A DNA stretch of 54,863 nucleotides from Planctomycetota bacterium (GTDB lineage Bacteria; Planctomycetota; UBA8108; SXIK01), in the NCBI GenBank assembly GCA_016209535.1, contig JACQVW010000236.1, positions 1 to 54,863 of the forward strand, given 5' to 3'. A program made the position numbers and the translations under genes. Numbering within the stretch: the stretch's first letter is position 1; each line of letters starts with the position of its first letter. This document shows positions 27,786-37,558 of this stretch, piece by piece. The notes beneath the pieces were generated by a model that saw nothing but the letters and a program-made list of their open reading frames with translations, did not search any database and was not told the origin of the DNA.

Positions 27786-30434
27786 TCAAGCCTTCTTCAC
27801 CTTGGCGATGTCGATCCCGATCTTCTCGATGGCCTCCTCCAGGGGTTGGAGCTTGCGCGCGAAGATCCTGTGGACCTGCGCCCGCCCCTGGTCGGCCGGG
27901 AGCCCGTCATCCACCCCGTGCAGCTCCCGCAGCGCCTCCTCCAGGCCCCGCTGTATCCGCTGGACCTCCCCGCGCCAGTCGTCCCAGCGCCCTGCCTCCT
28001 CGATCTTCCCCGCCGCCTCCTCGAGCCGGCTCATGGAGCTCATGATCTTCATTTGCGTGAAGAGCTTGACGATGACCGTGGGAGGCGCCTCGACCTTGCG
28101 CCGCTCGCGCACCTGCGCCTCGACGTCGGTCAGCGCGTCGTAGAGGCGGGCCCAATGTTCCCGGTCGCGCCGCGCGTGCGCCTGGAGCCCCTCCTGGACG
28201 ATCGTCTCGACGAGCTTCCCGTACCGGTCGACCTTCTCGAGGGCTTTTCTCGCCTGCTGCGCCTCGGCCGCGTCGGTCTGGCTCGCCTTCCCCCCCTCGC
28301 GGGCGCTCCCCAGGACCGCACTGGCCTTCGCCCGCATCTCGCCGAGGGACTCGAGGCACCGCGCGGCGGCCTGGCAGAAGACCTCCCGGGTAGGGTCCAT
28401 GTCGTCCTTCGGAGGCTCGAGGACCCTCGCCAGGCGCCGCAGCGCCTCGTGGACCTCCTGCCGCTCGAGGGGCTGCTGCTCGAGCATGCGCGCGACCTCG
28501 GCGAGGAGGCCCTCGGCTCGCGAGCGGGCCTCCGCGCCAAGCGCCTGACCCTGGTCTCGGAGACCGCGCCACCGTTCCGCCAGCTCCCCGTAGCGCCGGA
28601 TCAGCTCCTCGGCGGAAGGAACCTCGGGCACATCGAAATGGACCCCGACGTTCGCCTTCGCGACGATGCGTCCTTCCTTCGTGCGCACCCGCGCCGCGCC
28701 GCGCACCTGGTTCTTCTCGGTGACCTCGACCTCCAGGTCGACGAGGGAGCCGCGCCCTCCCTCGGCGGGGATGTCCTCGATGCGGATCTCGCCGATGGGG
28801 TCCGCCTCCTGATAGAGGAGGATCGAAAGGTTGGGGTTGTCGTTCTGCCGCTGGAAGGTCTGGCAGCAGCGGGCGGGGAGAGCCACGCCCTCCTCAGCAA
28901 GGGGCACGAGCCCCTCCTGGGTCAAGATGAAGAGCGGCCGAGGCAGCACCGTGGTCACGCTGGATGCGTCCGCGCTCTCCGGGGCGTGGAGCACCTGGAA
29001 GGCGTGCTCGAGGACGAGCCCGCCGTCCCGCCGCGCGACCCGCAGGACGAAGGCGTTGGCCGCGCCCTCCTGGAGCGCGACGCCGGGGAAGTAGAACCGC
29101 CCTTCCGCGGTCAGGTCCCGCGGCCCCAGGTCGCTCCCGTCCGGCAAGCGCAGGGTGACGGCCAGCGGCGCTGCCGCGCGCCCATCCCCCGCCCCCATCA
29201 CGGTCCCGGCGACGTTGATCATCTCGAGCACGGACGTCTCGGGCACCTCGAGCAGCACCTTGCAGCCCGGTGCCTCGACGACGGGAGGAAGGACCATCTT
29301 GGCGTGGATGGCCGCGCCGGCCCCCACGCACAGGTCCGGGAAGAAGAGCTTGGGTCTCGAGCCGGGGAACGCCGCGGCGACGCTCTCGGAGATCCAGGGA
29401 CCGTACGTGGACCCGCCGACCAGGAGGACCTCGTCGACGTCGGAGGGGCCGACCTTCGCTTTCTCGAGGGCCCGGCGGGAGCACTCCAGGGTGCGGTCGA
29501 TGTAGGGCTGGATCATCCGCACGAGCTCCGCGCGCGACAGTCGCTCGTTGGCCTGCACTTCGCGCCCCGAGGCGTCCACCAGCACGCCGCGGACGCGGAA
29601 CTCGACCGGGGCGTCCGACGATGGAGCCTTCGCGAGGGCGATCTTGACCCCCTCGGCCAGACGGAGGAGACGTGCGAGGCGCGCCCGGTCCTCGGGCCGC
29701 GTCTCGTCGAAGGAGACCGCACGGCCTCGGGCCTCCAGGCGGGTCCTCAGCCAGTGCACGAGCTCCCTGTCGAAGTTGTATCCGCCGAGGAGGCTGTCGC
29801 CGTCGAAGGCCCGAACGTCGATGACGCCTCCCGCACGTTCCATGTACGTGACGTCGAAGGTCCCACCGCCCAGGTCGTACGTCAAGAGGCGGAGCGGGTC
29901 ACGCTTGTCGGTCCGCGTATAGGTCAGCGCGGCGGCCACGGGCTCCATGAGCATCTGCTCCGGGAGCGACATGTCGAACCCGGCCGCGATCGCGGCCTCG
30001 CGCGTCTCCTCGACGGCTCCCCGGTCGAAGTAGGCCGGGTGCGTCACCACGGCCCGGCGCACGGGCCGCCCCAGGGCCCGCTCGGCGCACGACTTCAGGT
30101 GGCGGAGGAAGTCGCGGGCGACCTCCCGCGCGAGGACGGTGCGCTCGAGCATGGGGATGGCCTCCCGCGTGCCCATCCTGCGCTTCGAGAACATGACGGG
30201 GGCGTAGCCCTCGCTCGATTTCTCAAGGGCCTCGACCCCGAAGAGCTGCCGCGCGGGCGCATCGGGGTCGTCGAGCACGACGGACGGGAAGGTCTGCTCG
30301 CCGTGGGGGCTCGGGATGACGGTGACGTCGCACTCCGCGAGGTAGATGCCCGGAGGATAGTCCGGCGCCAGGTCCACCTTGCCGTTGACCCCGATCACGC
30401 TGAAGGTCGTGCCCAGGTCGATGCCGATGTCCAC
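27786..30434 (-). CDS. Atypical Hsp70 family protein (paralog 2)
   Basis: IGIDLGTTFS, THPAYF, EPVAAA, YDLGGGTFDV and VLLVGGST motifs; non-canonical C-terminal half; GTG start with GGAG RBS. Confidence 0.92.
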   Translation of the reverse strand: MDIGIDLGTTFSVIGVNGKVDLAPDYPPGIYLAECDVTVIPSPHGEQTFPSVVLDDPDAPARQLFGVEALEKSSEGYAPVMFSKRRMGTREAIPMLERTVLAREVARDFLRHLKSCAERALGRPVRRAVVTHPAYFDRGAVEETREAAIAAGFDMSLPEQMLMEPVAAALTYTRTDKRDPLRLLTYDLGGGTFDVTYMERAGGVIDVRAFDGDSLLGGYNFDRELVHWLRTRLEARGRAVSFDETRPEDRARLARLLRLAEGVKIALAKAPSSDAPVEFRVRGVLVDASGREVQANERLSRAELVRMIQPYIDRTLECSRRALEKAKVGPSDVDEVLLVGGSTYGPWISESVAAAFPGSRPKLFFPDLCVGAGAAIHAKMVLPPVVEAPGCKVLLEVPETSVLEMINVAGTVMGAGDGRAAAPLAVTLRLPDGSDLGPRDLTAEGRFYFPGVALQEGAANAFVLRVARRDGGLVLEHAFQVLHAPESADASSVTTVLPRPLFILTQEGLVPLAEEGVALPARCCQTFQRQNDNPNLSILLYQEADPIGEIRIEDIPAEGGRGSLVDLEVEVTEKNQVRGAARVRTKEGRIVAKANVGVHFDVPEVPSAEELIRRYGELAERWRGLRDQGQALGAEARSRAEGLLAEVARMLEQQPLERQEVHEALRRLARVLEPPKDDMDPTREVFCQAAARCLESLGEMRAKASAVLGSAREGGKASQTDAAEAQQARKALEKVDRYGKLVETIVQEGLQAHARRDREHWARLYDALTDVEAQVRERRKVEAPPTVIVKLFTQMKIMSSMSRLEEAAGKIEEAGRWDDWRGEVQRIQRGLEEALRELHGVDDGLPADQGRAQVHRIFARKLQPLEEAIEKIGIDIAKVKKA

Positions 30435-30447
30435 GGGCGGTCTCCGT

Positions 30448-33036
30448 TCAGGCAGGCTTCACGTCCCAGAGGGTTTCCTCGATCTGCTCCGCGATGGGCG
30501 TCTTCTCCCGCCCGCGGAGGATGAGCTGGAGCTTGGCCCGTCCCTGGTCGGAGGGGAGCTGGTCGTCGACCTGGTCGATGGCCTTGTCCATGGCGGCGAG
30601 CTTCGCCTCGATCGCGTCGCAGCGCCCCTTGAGCACGGCCTCGTAACGCGGGTCGGCGGCCGCCGCCTGCCGCACCTCGTTGAGGCGGAGGCGGTGCTTG
30701 TCCACTTCGTCCCGAAACACGTCCTTGAGGAGGGGCGTGGGGGGAAGGACGACAGGGGGCCCTCCCCGCTTGAGCCTTCGCAGGAGGGCCTGCAGCTTCT
30801 CGTACTCCTGCGCCCACTGCCTCTGGTTGCGAGCCAGGTAGGCGCGGTTGGCCGCGGCCTCGATGTCGTGGAGCTGCTTCCGGAGCGGCTCCGCCTGCGG
30901 GTCGGACCCGGAGGAGGGCAGCGCATCGCGGCATGCATCGAGGAGGTCCAGGAACTGGTCGCGAGACGGCGTGAGGTCCACGCGCGGCGGGTGCAGCATG
31001 CGGTCCAGCTCCTTGACCGCCCGGTGGATCTCCTGGCGGTCCGGCCGGTCTTCGGTGGTGAGCCGCTCCAGGGTCTCGACGAGCTTCTTCCCCCGCATGC
31101 CGAGCCGCGTGCGCCGCTGCTCGTCGCGCTCGTTGTGGATCTGCTCGTCGACCTCGCCCCGGAGCTCGCGGAACCGCGCCGCCAGCTCGTGCAGCTCCGG
31201 CACGGAGACCGGGGGGAACTTGATCCGTACGGGACACTCGACCACCGGCGCCCCCGTCTTGCCGAGGACCGCGGCCGTCCCCCGGATCTCGCACCGCGTC
31301 GTGATCTCGCCCTCGATCAACACGTCACAACCAGCGCCCGCATCGGGCGGGATGTTCTCCACGCGGATGGTGCCGATGCGGTCTTCTTCCTGAAAGACGG
31401 GGATCGCGAGGACCGAGTCGCTGTGAAGCCTCACGAAGGTCCCCCGGAACTTGGTAGGCAGGTCCACGTCCTCCTCGGCCATGTTGACCCGCCCTTCGCG
31501 CGCCTCCAAGTAGAGCGTCTTGGGCAACCGGGGGACCAGCTTGGTGCCCCCGCCAGCGGGGTTGTAGCGCACGGCGACATCCCCCTTCCAGCGCGCCAGG
31601 CCGTGACGGTCAGTGACCTGGACCTGGAACGGGGTGGGCCCCTCCTCGAGGAGGGGAACGTCGGGGAAGAGAAACTCGCCCGCATCGTTGGGCGCCGTCG
31701 CGTGCGTCTTGCCGTCGGGGGTCGTGAGGAGGACCTTCAGGTCCTTCGAGGCGGCCCCGAGCGCTGCCCCGTCGCCCGCGGAGCGGATCCGCCCGCGCAC
31801 CTGCACCTCCGGAAGCGGAGACTCCGGCGGGACCTCGAGCTCGACCGAGAGGTCGCCCGAGGACGTGACCTCCGGCAGCTCCGCGGCCCGGAGGGCCGCG
31901 CCGGCGGCCACGCAGAGGTCCGGGTTGAAGAGGAGCCTCTCGATGCCGAAGGCGGCGCCGACGGCGTCCTGGACCCACTTCCCATAGGAGGACCCTCCCA
32001 CGAGCAGGATCGCGTCCAGATCCTCCTTCCCGACCCCCGCCTTCCCGAGCGCCTTCCGGCAGCACTCGATCGACTTGTCGAGGTGGTCCTTGATGAGCTG
32101 CGCGTACTCGTCGCGGGTGATCTTCTCGATGATCTGGATGGGCCTTCCTTCCGAGTCGGTGAGGATGTCCTGGCCCTTGATCGGGCAGGCGACCTTGCCC
32201 CCGTGCAGATCGTTGAGCGCGAGCTTGACCTTCTCCGCAAGCTGGAGGAGGCGGGCGTGGCGCGCGCGGTGCTGCGGGTCCGCCTCGTCGTGAGGCGGGA
32301 GCGTCCGGCCCGCCGCCCGGAGCTTCTCCCGGACCCTGTCCAGGATCCAGCGGATCAGCTCGCGGTCGAAGTTGTAGCCTCCCAGGAGGTGATCCCCGTC
32401 GAACGCCTTCGTGCTGATCACCCCCTCGCGCCGCTCCAGGACCGCCACATCGAAGGTGCCGCCGCCGAGGTCATAGGTCATGACCCGCAGGGGGTCCTTC
32501 GAGTTCCCCTGGACGTAGGCGTGGGCCGCGGCCTCGGGCTCCTTCATCATCTGCTCGGGGCGCGACATGTCTAACCCGGCGTCGATGGCCGCCTGCCGCG
32601 TCTCCTCCACCTGATTGGGATCGAAGTAGGCCGGGTGGGTCACCACCGCGCGGCGCACGGGGTGACCGAGGGCCTGCTCCGCGCAACCCTTCAGGTACGT
32701 GAGGATCCTCGCCGCCACCTCCCTTGCCGTGAGGTCCCGGTCGTGCATCCTCAAGCGCTCCGTCGTCCCGATGGAGCGCTTGGAGAACATGATGGGGCTC
32801 TCGCCCTCCTGGGCCTTCTGCTTGGCATCGGAGCCGACGATGTACTTCCCGGGGTCTCCCGGCTCCTCCCAGTAGACCGAGGGGAAGGTCGCTTCGCCCA
32901 GCGGCGAGAGGATGATCGTGACGTCGCACTCCTCGATGTACGTGCCGCCCCAACCTCCCGGGAGATCCACGCGGCCCTTGATGGCTATCACGCTGAAGGT
33001 CGTCCCGAGGTCGATCCCGATGTCCTGCATTCCCAT
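30448..33036 (-). CDS. Atypical Hsp70 family protein (paralog 1)
   Basis: IGIDLGTTFS, THPAYF, EPEAAA, YDLGGGTFDV and ILLVGGSS motifs; colinear with paralog 2. Confidence 0.92.
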   Translation of the reverse strand: MGMQDIGIDLGTTFSVIAIKGRVDLPGGWGGTYIEECDVTIILSPLGEATFPSVYWEEPGDPGKYIVGSDAKQKAQEGESPIMFSKRSIGTTERLRMHDRDLTAREVAARILTYLKGCAEQALGHPVRRAVVTHPAYFDPNQVEETRQAAIDAGLDMSRPEQMMKEPEAAAHAYVQGNSKDPLRVMTYDLGGGTFDVAVLERREGVISTKAFDGDHLLGGYNFDRELIRWILDRVREKLRAAGRTLPPHDEADPQHRARHARLLQLAEKVKLALNDLHGGKVACPIKGQDILTDSEGRPIQIIEKITRDEYAQLIKDHLDKSIECCRKALGKAGVGKEDLDAILLVGGSSYGKWVQDAVGAAFGIERLLFNPDLCVAAGAALRAAELPEVTSSGDLSVELEVPPESPLPEVQVRGRIRSAGDGAALGAASKDLKVLLTTPDGKTHATAPNDAGEFLFPDVPLLEEGPTPFQVQVTDRHGLARWKGDVAVRYNPAGGGTKLVPRLPKTLYLEAREGRVNMAEEDVDLPTKFRGTFVRLHSDSVLAIPVFQEEDRIGTIRVENIPPDAGAGCDVLIEGEITTRCEIRGTAAVLGKTGAPVVECPVRIKFPPVSVPELHELAARFRELRGEVDEQIHNERDEQRRTRLGMRGKKLVETLERLTTEDRPDRQEIHRAVKELDRMLHPPRVDLTPSRDQFLDLLDACRDALPSSGSDPQAEPLRKQLHDIEAAANRAYLARNQRQWAQEYEKLQALLRRLKRGGPPVVLPPTPLLKDVFRDEVDKHRLRLNEVRQAAAADPRYEAVLKGRCDAIEAKLAAMDKAIDQVDDQLPSDQGRAKLQLILRGREKTPIAEQIEETLWDVKPA

Positions 33037-33074
33037 GGCTCTCTATCCTTCTCTTTCCCCCGAGCGCCGCACGC

Positions 33075-33548
33075 TCAGGCGTCAAACACCATGTCGAGCT
33101 GCCGGTCCTTCTCGTCGCCCGGCCCCACGAGGCCAAGGTCGGACCACGCCGGAAGCTCCGCGGCTTCCACTCCCGGCGCCGGCAGGAGCCAGAAGATCCC
33201 CAGGGGGTGGATGAGCCCGATGGGGAAGCGCTCGTCCGGGACCACGGCGAGCCCGCGGAGCTTCTCCGCGAGCGCCTTCAGCTTGCCGCCTTCCTTCTTC
33301 CCCTGCGGGTGGACCAGGAGGAGCTCCTGGGCGAGCGGGCCGGGGTCCCGGAGCCGGGCCGAGGCCTCCTGGATCGCGTGCTCGTCGAGCTCGCGGCCCG
33401 CGAGCTCGACCTTCTCGAAACCGAGCTTCAAGCGCAGGCTCTCGGCCTGCGCCACGATCTGCTGGGGCGTGGCGTTGGGGCCGAGCCGCAGCTTGCCGAA
33501 GTAGTTGAAGACGTAAGGGTTGGTCCCGCGTTCCCATCGCAGCGGCAT
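33075..33548 (-). CDS. Small protein with degenerate J-domain-like N-terminus (no HPD)
   Basis: NYFGKLRLGPNATPQQI...IQEASARLRDP resembles DnaJ helices (DYY.ILGV...A...EI / INEAY..L.DP). ATG lies 2 nt after the upstream stop. Confidence 0.65.
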   Translation of the reverse strand: MPLRWERGTNPYVFNYFGKLRLGPNATPQQIVAQAESLRLKLGFEKVELAGRELDEHAIQEASARLRDPGPLAQELLLVHPQGKKEGGKLKALAEKLRGLAVVPDERFPIGLIHPLGIFWLLPAPGVEAAELPAWSDLGLVGPGDEKDRQLDMVFDA

Positions 33549-33550
33549 GG

Positions 33551-36178
33551 CTAGTCGCTCCAACTCCGGCCCAGAGGTCCCCCTCCGAAGCCGAGCATCT
33601 GCTTGAGGATCTCCAGGTTCTGCCGGGCGTGCTGGTTCTGGGGGTCGAGCTGGACCGCCTCCTGCAGGCGGGCCAGAGCCTTCACGAGGGCCGCCATGTC
33701 ACCGCGCGGCCCGGCCTCGTTGACCTCTTCCACGGCGGCCCCCGCGAGCACCATGGAGAGCTCCTTCTTCAAGGCCGGCGCGCCGCCGGGCACGCTCGAC
33801 TTCGAGGCATCGATGGCCTCCCGCAGGAGCCGGATGGCTGCCTCGGCGTCGCCCCCGTTGAACACTTGGACCGCCTGCTGCTGGAGGTCGTGCGCCCGGG
33901 CGTTCCCGTGAGCTCGGATGACCTCCGAGCCCCGCTCGAGATTCGTCAAGGCGGCCAGGTTGTCCCGCGCCCCCTGGTTCGCGCCGTCCAGCGAGACGGC
34001 CTCCTCCAACATCCTCCTGGCGCGGGCCAGGGCCGCCGCGCTGGGGGCGTCCCCCAAAGCGTTGACGGCGCTCACGGCGGCCCCGGCGAGCACCATCGAC
34101 AGGTCCTTCTTCAGGGCCGGCGCGCCGCCGGGCATCTCCGGCTTCGAGGCCTCCAGCGCCTCGCGCAAGAGCCGGATGGCCTCCTCGAACCGCTGCGCGG
34201 TGAAGGCCTCGACGGCATTCTGCCGGAGCCCGTGAGCGCGAGCGTTGCCGTGCACCGCGATCCCCTCGATCCTCGCGGCCACGCCCTTCCGGAGGTCTGC
34301 CGCCTCCACGACGCGCTGGGCCTTCGGCGCCGCCTGAGCCGCCTCGTCGAGCATGGCCTTGGCGCGCCGGAGCGCCTCCAAGCTGGGGTGCGCTCCCGCG
34401 TCGGAGAGCACATTCATGGCGGCGTCGGTCAAGACCAGCGCGAGGTCCTCCTTCAGGGCTGGGGCCCCGTGCGGCAACCCCGGCTTCGCGGATGCCTCGA
34501 TGGCCTTGCGCAGCAGCCGAGCGGCCTCCTCGTGCCGCCCGGCGTTGTACGCGTCCACGGACTCGCCACGGAGGCGCGCGGCAGGCCCGGTCCCAAACCG
34601 TCGCGTCAGATCCTCGGCAGTGCGGATGCTCCCCTCCAGGTCGTCCCCCGCCTTGCGCGCCGCCGCGTCCTGGCCGGCCTCCCGCCGGAAGGCCGCCAGG
34701 TCCCGCCTCGCCTTCTCGAACTCGTCGAGAGCGGCGAGGCACTGCGCCCTGAGGAAGAAGACGGTCCCTCCCGCCGTGCCCTTCGGCGCCGCCCGGTCCA
34801 ACAGCTTCAAGGCTTCGCCGAACCTCTGGGCGTTCATGTGCTCGCCGGCCTCGTGGATCAGCTCCTGGACCTCGAGCTGGACGAGCGTCTGCTGGAGGAG
34901 GCTACGGCCCTCCTCGAAGGCCTGGACCTCGCGGGGGTCGGCCACGGCCTCGTCGGGGGCGAGGCGCAGCCCGGCGTGGCAGACCTCCTTGGCGGCCGCG
35001 AAATCCTCGAGGAGGCCGTAGGCGTTCGCGAGGACGAAGTGGGCGTGCAGGGAGAGCCCCTTCCGCGACCGCACGGCGTCGCACCGGGCGCGGGCACCCG
35101 GCGCCTTCGCGACGACGGCCTCGCGGGCCAGGCGGGCGTGCACCTCTCCGATCGCCTTCTCGCAGCGCTTCGTGTCGGGGTCGCCGGCGATGCCGCCACG
35201 GGCGCCCTGCTCGTAGAAATGCAACGCGTCCTGAAGACCCTCGAGGGCGCAAAACACGTCCCCCACCACGCGGTACCAGAGGCTGAGCTTCTGCCGGACG
35301 TCGTCGTCGAGGCTCCCGGCCTGCGGGACGAGCTGGTCGAGGTAGGGCCGCCAGGCCTGCGCGGCGTGCTGCATCGTCTCGAGGAGCGACGTCCGCTTCG
35401 GCGAGGGCTCCTCACCGAGGGCCTGGAGGTCGGTGTACCAGGCGCGCAAGAGCCGCACCTCGAGACGAAGTGCGTCCTCCAGGGCCGGGACGTAGCCCGG
35501 GTCCTTCTCCAGGTAGGCGCGGATGGCCTTCAGCCCCACGTCGATCACGTCGGGGTTCAGCTCGTCAGGGCTCCACACGTTCGGAGGCACCAGCGCGGTG
35601 ACTCGAGCGTAAGTGCACTTGCGCACCTTGGCGAGCGCCTCCTCGGGGAACGGGGAGCTCCGCGCCGCCGCCACGTGGTACTGGGCGCGGAAGTTCTTCG
35701 TGGCTCCGTCGAAGGCGATGTCGTAGTGCACCTGGAGCAGGATCTCCGGGAGCTGCTCCCGCAGCCGGTCGACGGGATCCCGCTTCGCGCCCCTCGAGGC
35801 CCTGTCGGCGATGCGGGCCCAAAACGCATCGGCCTTCCACAGGCCGTGCCATAGCTTCAGGGCCTCCTCCCAGTCGGCGTTCGCCTTGGCCGGCTCCTTC
35901 CCGGCCTCGAGGTCGAAGGCCCGGGCATGGTGGAGGATCGCCAGGTGGTGGAGGGTCAAGAGGTCGCCCGGATCCCTCCGGTGCAGGTCCGTCCAGACCC
36001 GGAAGGCCTCCTTGTCATAGGGGACCTTCACGCAGCCCATGGGGTCCACGTGCAGGGCGCGCAGGGCGATGCGGTGCGGGTCCATCGCCACGTCCACCTC
36101 CCCGGCGATCGACTGGAGGAGCTCGGTCACCTGCCGCGCCTGGGTCTCGTGCTCTGGGCCGAATCGGGATAGGGTCAT
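33551..36178 (-). CDS. TPR-like helical repeat protein with three C-terminal 114-aa tandem repeats
   Basis: LHHLAILHHARA...WEEAL..W N-domain; central TPRs; equivalent repeat positions at 33761, 34103 and 34445 (period 342 nt). Confidence 0.85.
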   Translation of the reverse strand: MTLSRFGPEHETQARQVTELLQSIAGEVDVAMDPHRIALRALHVDPMGCVKVPYDKEAFRVWTDLHRRDPGDLLTLHHLAILHHARAFDLEAGKEPAKANADWEEALKLWHGLWKADAFWARIADRASRGAKRDPVDRLREQLPEILLQVHYDIAFDGATKNFRAQYHVAAARSSPFPEEALAKVRKCTYARVTALVPPNVWSPDELNPDVIDVGLKAIRAYLEKDPGYVPALEDALRLEVRLLRAWYTDLQALGEEPSPKRTSLLETMQHAAQAWRPYLDQLVPQAGSLDDDVRQKLSLWYRVVGDVFCALEGLQDALHFYEQGARGGIAGDPDTKRCEKAIGEVHARLAREAVVAKAPGARARCDAVRSRKGLSLHAHFVLANAYGLLEDFAAAKEVCHAGLRLAPDEAVADPREVQAFEEGRSLLQQTLVQLEVQELIHEAGEHMNAQRFGEALKLLDRAAPKGTAGGTVFFLRAQCLAALDEFEKARRDLAAFRREAGQDAAARKAGDDLEGSIRTAEDLTRRFGTGPAARLRGESVDAYNAGRHEEAARLLRKAIEASAKPGLPHGAPALKEDLALVLTDAAMNVLSDAGAHPSLEALRRAKAMLDEAAQAAPKAQRVVEAADLRKGVAARIEGIAVHGNARAHGLRQNAVEAFTAQRFEEAIRLLREALEASKPEMPGGAPALKKDLSMVLAGAAVSAVNALGDAPSAAALARARRMLEEAVSLDGANQGARDNLAALTNLERGSEVIRAHGNARAHDLQQQAVQVFNGGDAEAAIRLLREAIDASKSSVPGGAPALKKELSMVLAGAAVEEVNEAGPRGDMAALVKALARLQEAVQLDPQNQHARQNLEILKQMLGFGGGPLGRSWSD

Positions 36179-36181
36179 CGA

Positions 36182-37558
36182 TCAGTTCCTGCTCTGGGGG
36201 CTCCTCGGTCGCGTGCCCTGGAGCTTCCGCGCGTTCTCCCGGAGGCTACCTGCCAGGGGGCCGAAGCCCAACGCCTCGTAGGCGTCGGCCATGGCAAGGA
36301 AGACCTCGGGCTCGTCAGGGAATACAGACTGCGCGGCCTCGCAGGTGTCCAGCGCCTCCTGGCCGCGTCCGAGCTGGAGGCAGCACTCGACGAGGAGGAG
36401 GCGGGCCTTGAGGAAGCGCGGGTGCTCGGCCGCGACGCTCCGGGCCAAGGCGGCGGCCTTGGCAGCCTCGCCGCGCTCGAGGAGGGCCCGGGCGTTCGCG
36501 ATCCGCGTCTCGGGCGGCTCCCGGGCCGCCGCCTCCGGTGGAGGGGGTGGGGGCGCGGCCGGCGGCACGGCGCCTCCCCTCCGGTAGGCATCGAGGTCGC
36601 TCAGGAGGGTCCGGGCGTTGGGGTAGCGCTCGGACTGGCGGAAGGCGAGGCACCTCCGGAGCATCGCCTCGAGCGCGGGGTGCTTCTCCATCTCCGGGTT
36701 GATCGCCGAGGGCGGCGGGATGCCCTCACCGCCTGCTAGAGGTCCCCCTCCTCGCGGCCCGCGGGAGAAGACGGGCCGCTTCCTCGCCTCGTGCTGGGCG
36801 CGGACGTAGCCCTGCGAGTCCCCGTCGCCGTACTCCTCGAGGCCGGCCTCCTCGAAGGGCTGCCGGCCCGTGAGCATCTCGTAGAGCAGGATGCCCGTCT
36901 GGTACACGTCCGCCGGCGGGCCGCCCGCGCCGCCGAGGAGCGTCTCTGGGGCCTGGTAGGTGACGACGCCGCCCTTCGATCCCACGGGCATGCGGGCCGC
37001 GAGGCCGAAGTCCGTGAGGACCAGGTGACTCTCGCCGACGAGGATCAGGTTGCCCGGGTGGAGGTCCCCGTGCACCGCGGGGACCTCGAGGGTGTGCATC
37101 CAGGCGAGGGGCACCAGGATCTGGCGGAGGAAGCCGAGCGCCGTCTCGACCGGCATACCGGCCTCGCTCCACCTCGCGATGGGGCTCTTGAGCGTCTTCC
37201 GGCCCGGGACGAGCTTCATGGCCACGAAGGCCCGCTTGCCCAGAGGCGTCTCAAGGACTCCCATGTCGTGGACCTGGACCAGGTGCTGCGCCACGTCCGC
37301 GGGGCACTTCTCCGTCTCCTGGAAGCTGACGAGGGTCACCACGTCGGAGAGGACCTCGCCAAGGTTGCGGCTCGAGGGGCTCTCGGCCTCGAAGAGCTTG
37401 AGCGCCACCTCGCGGAGGGCGCGGCCGAAGACGAGCTGGCGCGCTCGGTAGACGGCGCCGAAGTTGCCCGCGCCGAGGAGCTCTCGCAGGTCGAAGCGGT
37501 CCGAGAGCACCGTTCCGCCCGGGAAGTCGGCGACGCGCGGCATCCCCTCAGCGCTCAC
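36182..37558 (-). CDS. Ser/Thr protein kinase with C-terminal TPRs
   Basis: GAGNFGAVY, VALK, HGDLHPGN, DFG and YQAPE; Pro linker then TPRs. GTG 37558 (GGAGG RBS) overlaps the Clp stop; alternative ATG 37543. Confidence 0.9.
   Translation of the reverse strand: MSAEGMPRVADFPGGTVLSDRFDLRELLGAGNFGAVYRARQLVFGRALREVALKLFEAESPSSRNLGEVLSDVVTLVSFQETEKCPADVAQHLVQVHDMGVLETPLGKRAFVAMKLVPGRKTLKSPIARWSEAGMPVETALGFLRQILVPLAWMHTLEVPAVHGDLHPGNLILVGESHLVLTDFGLAARMPVGSKGGVVTYQAPETLLGGAGGPPADVYQTGILLYEMLTGRQPFEEAGLEEYGDGDSQGYVRAQHEARKRPVFSRGPRGGGPLAGGEGIPPPSAINPEMEKHPALEAMLRRCLAFRQSERYPNARTLLSDLDAYRRGGAVPPAAPPPPPPEAAAREPPETRIANARALLERGEAAKAAALARSVAAEHPRFLKARLLLVECCLQLGRGQEALDTCEAAQSVFPDEPEVFLAMADAYEALGFGPLAGSLRENARKLQGTRPRSPQSRN

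Noticed and set aside
27786-33548. Housekeeping dnaK-dnaJ operon
   Set aside because: No grpE or hrcA, no HPD motif, and no canonical linker or substrate-binding domain, so gene symbols were withheld.
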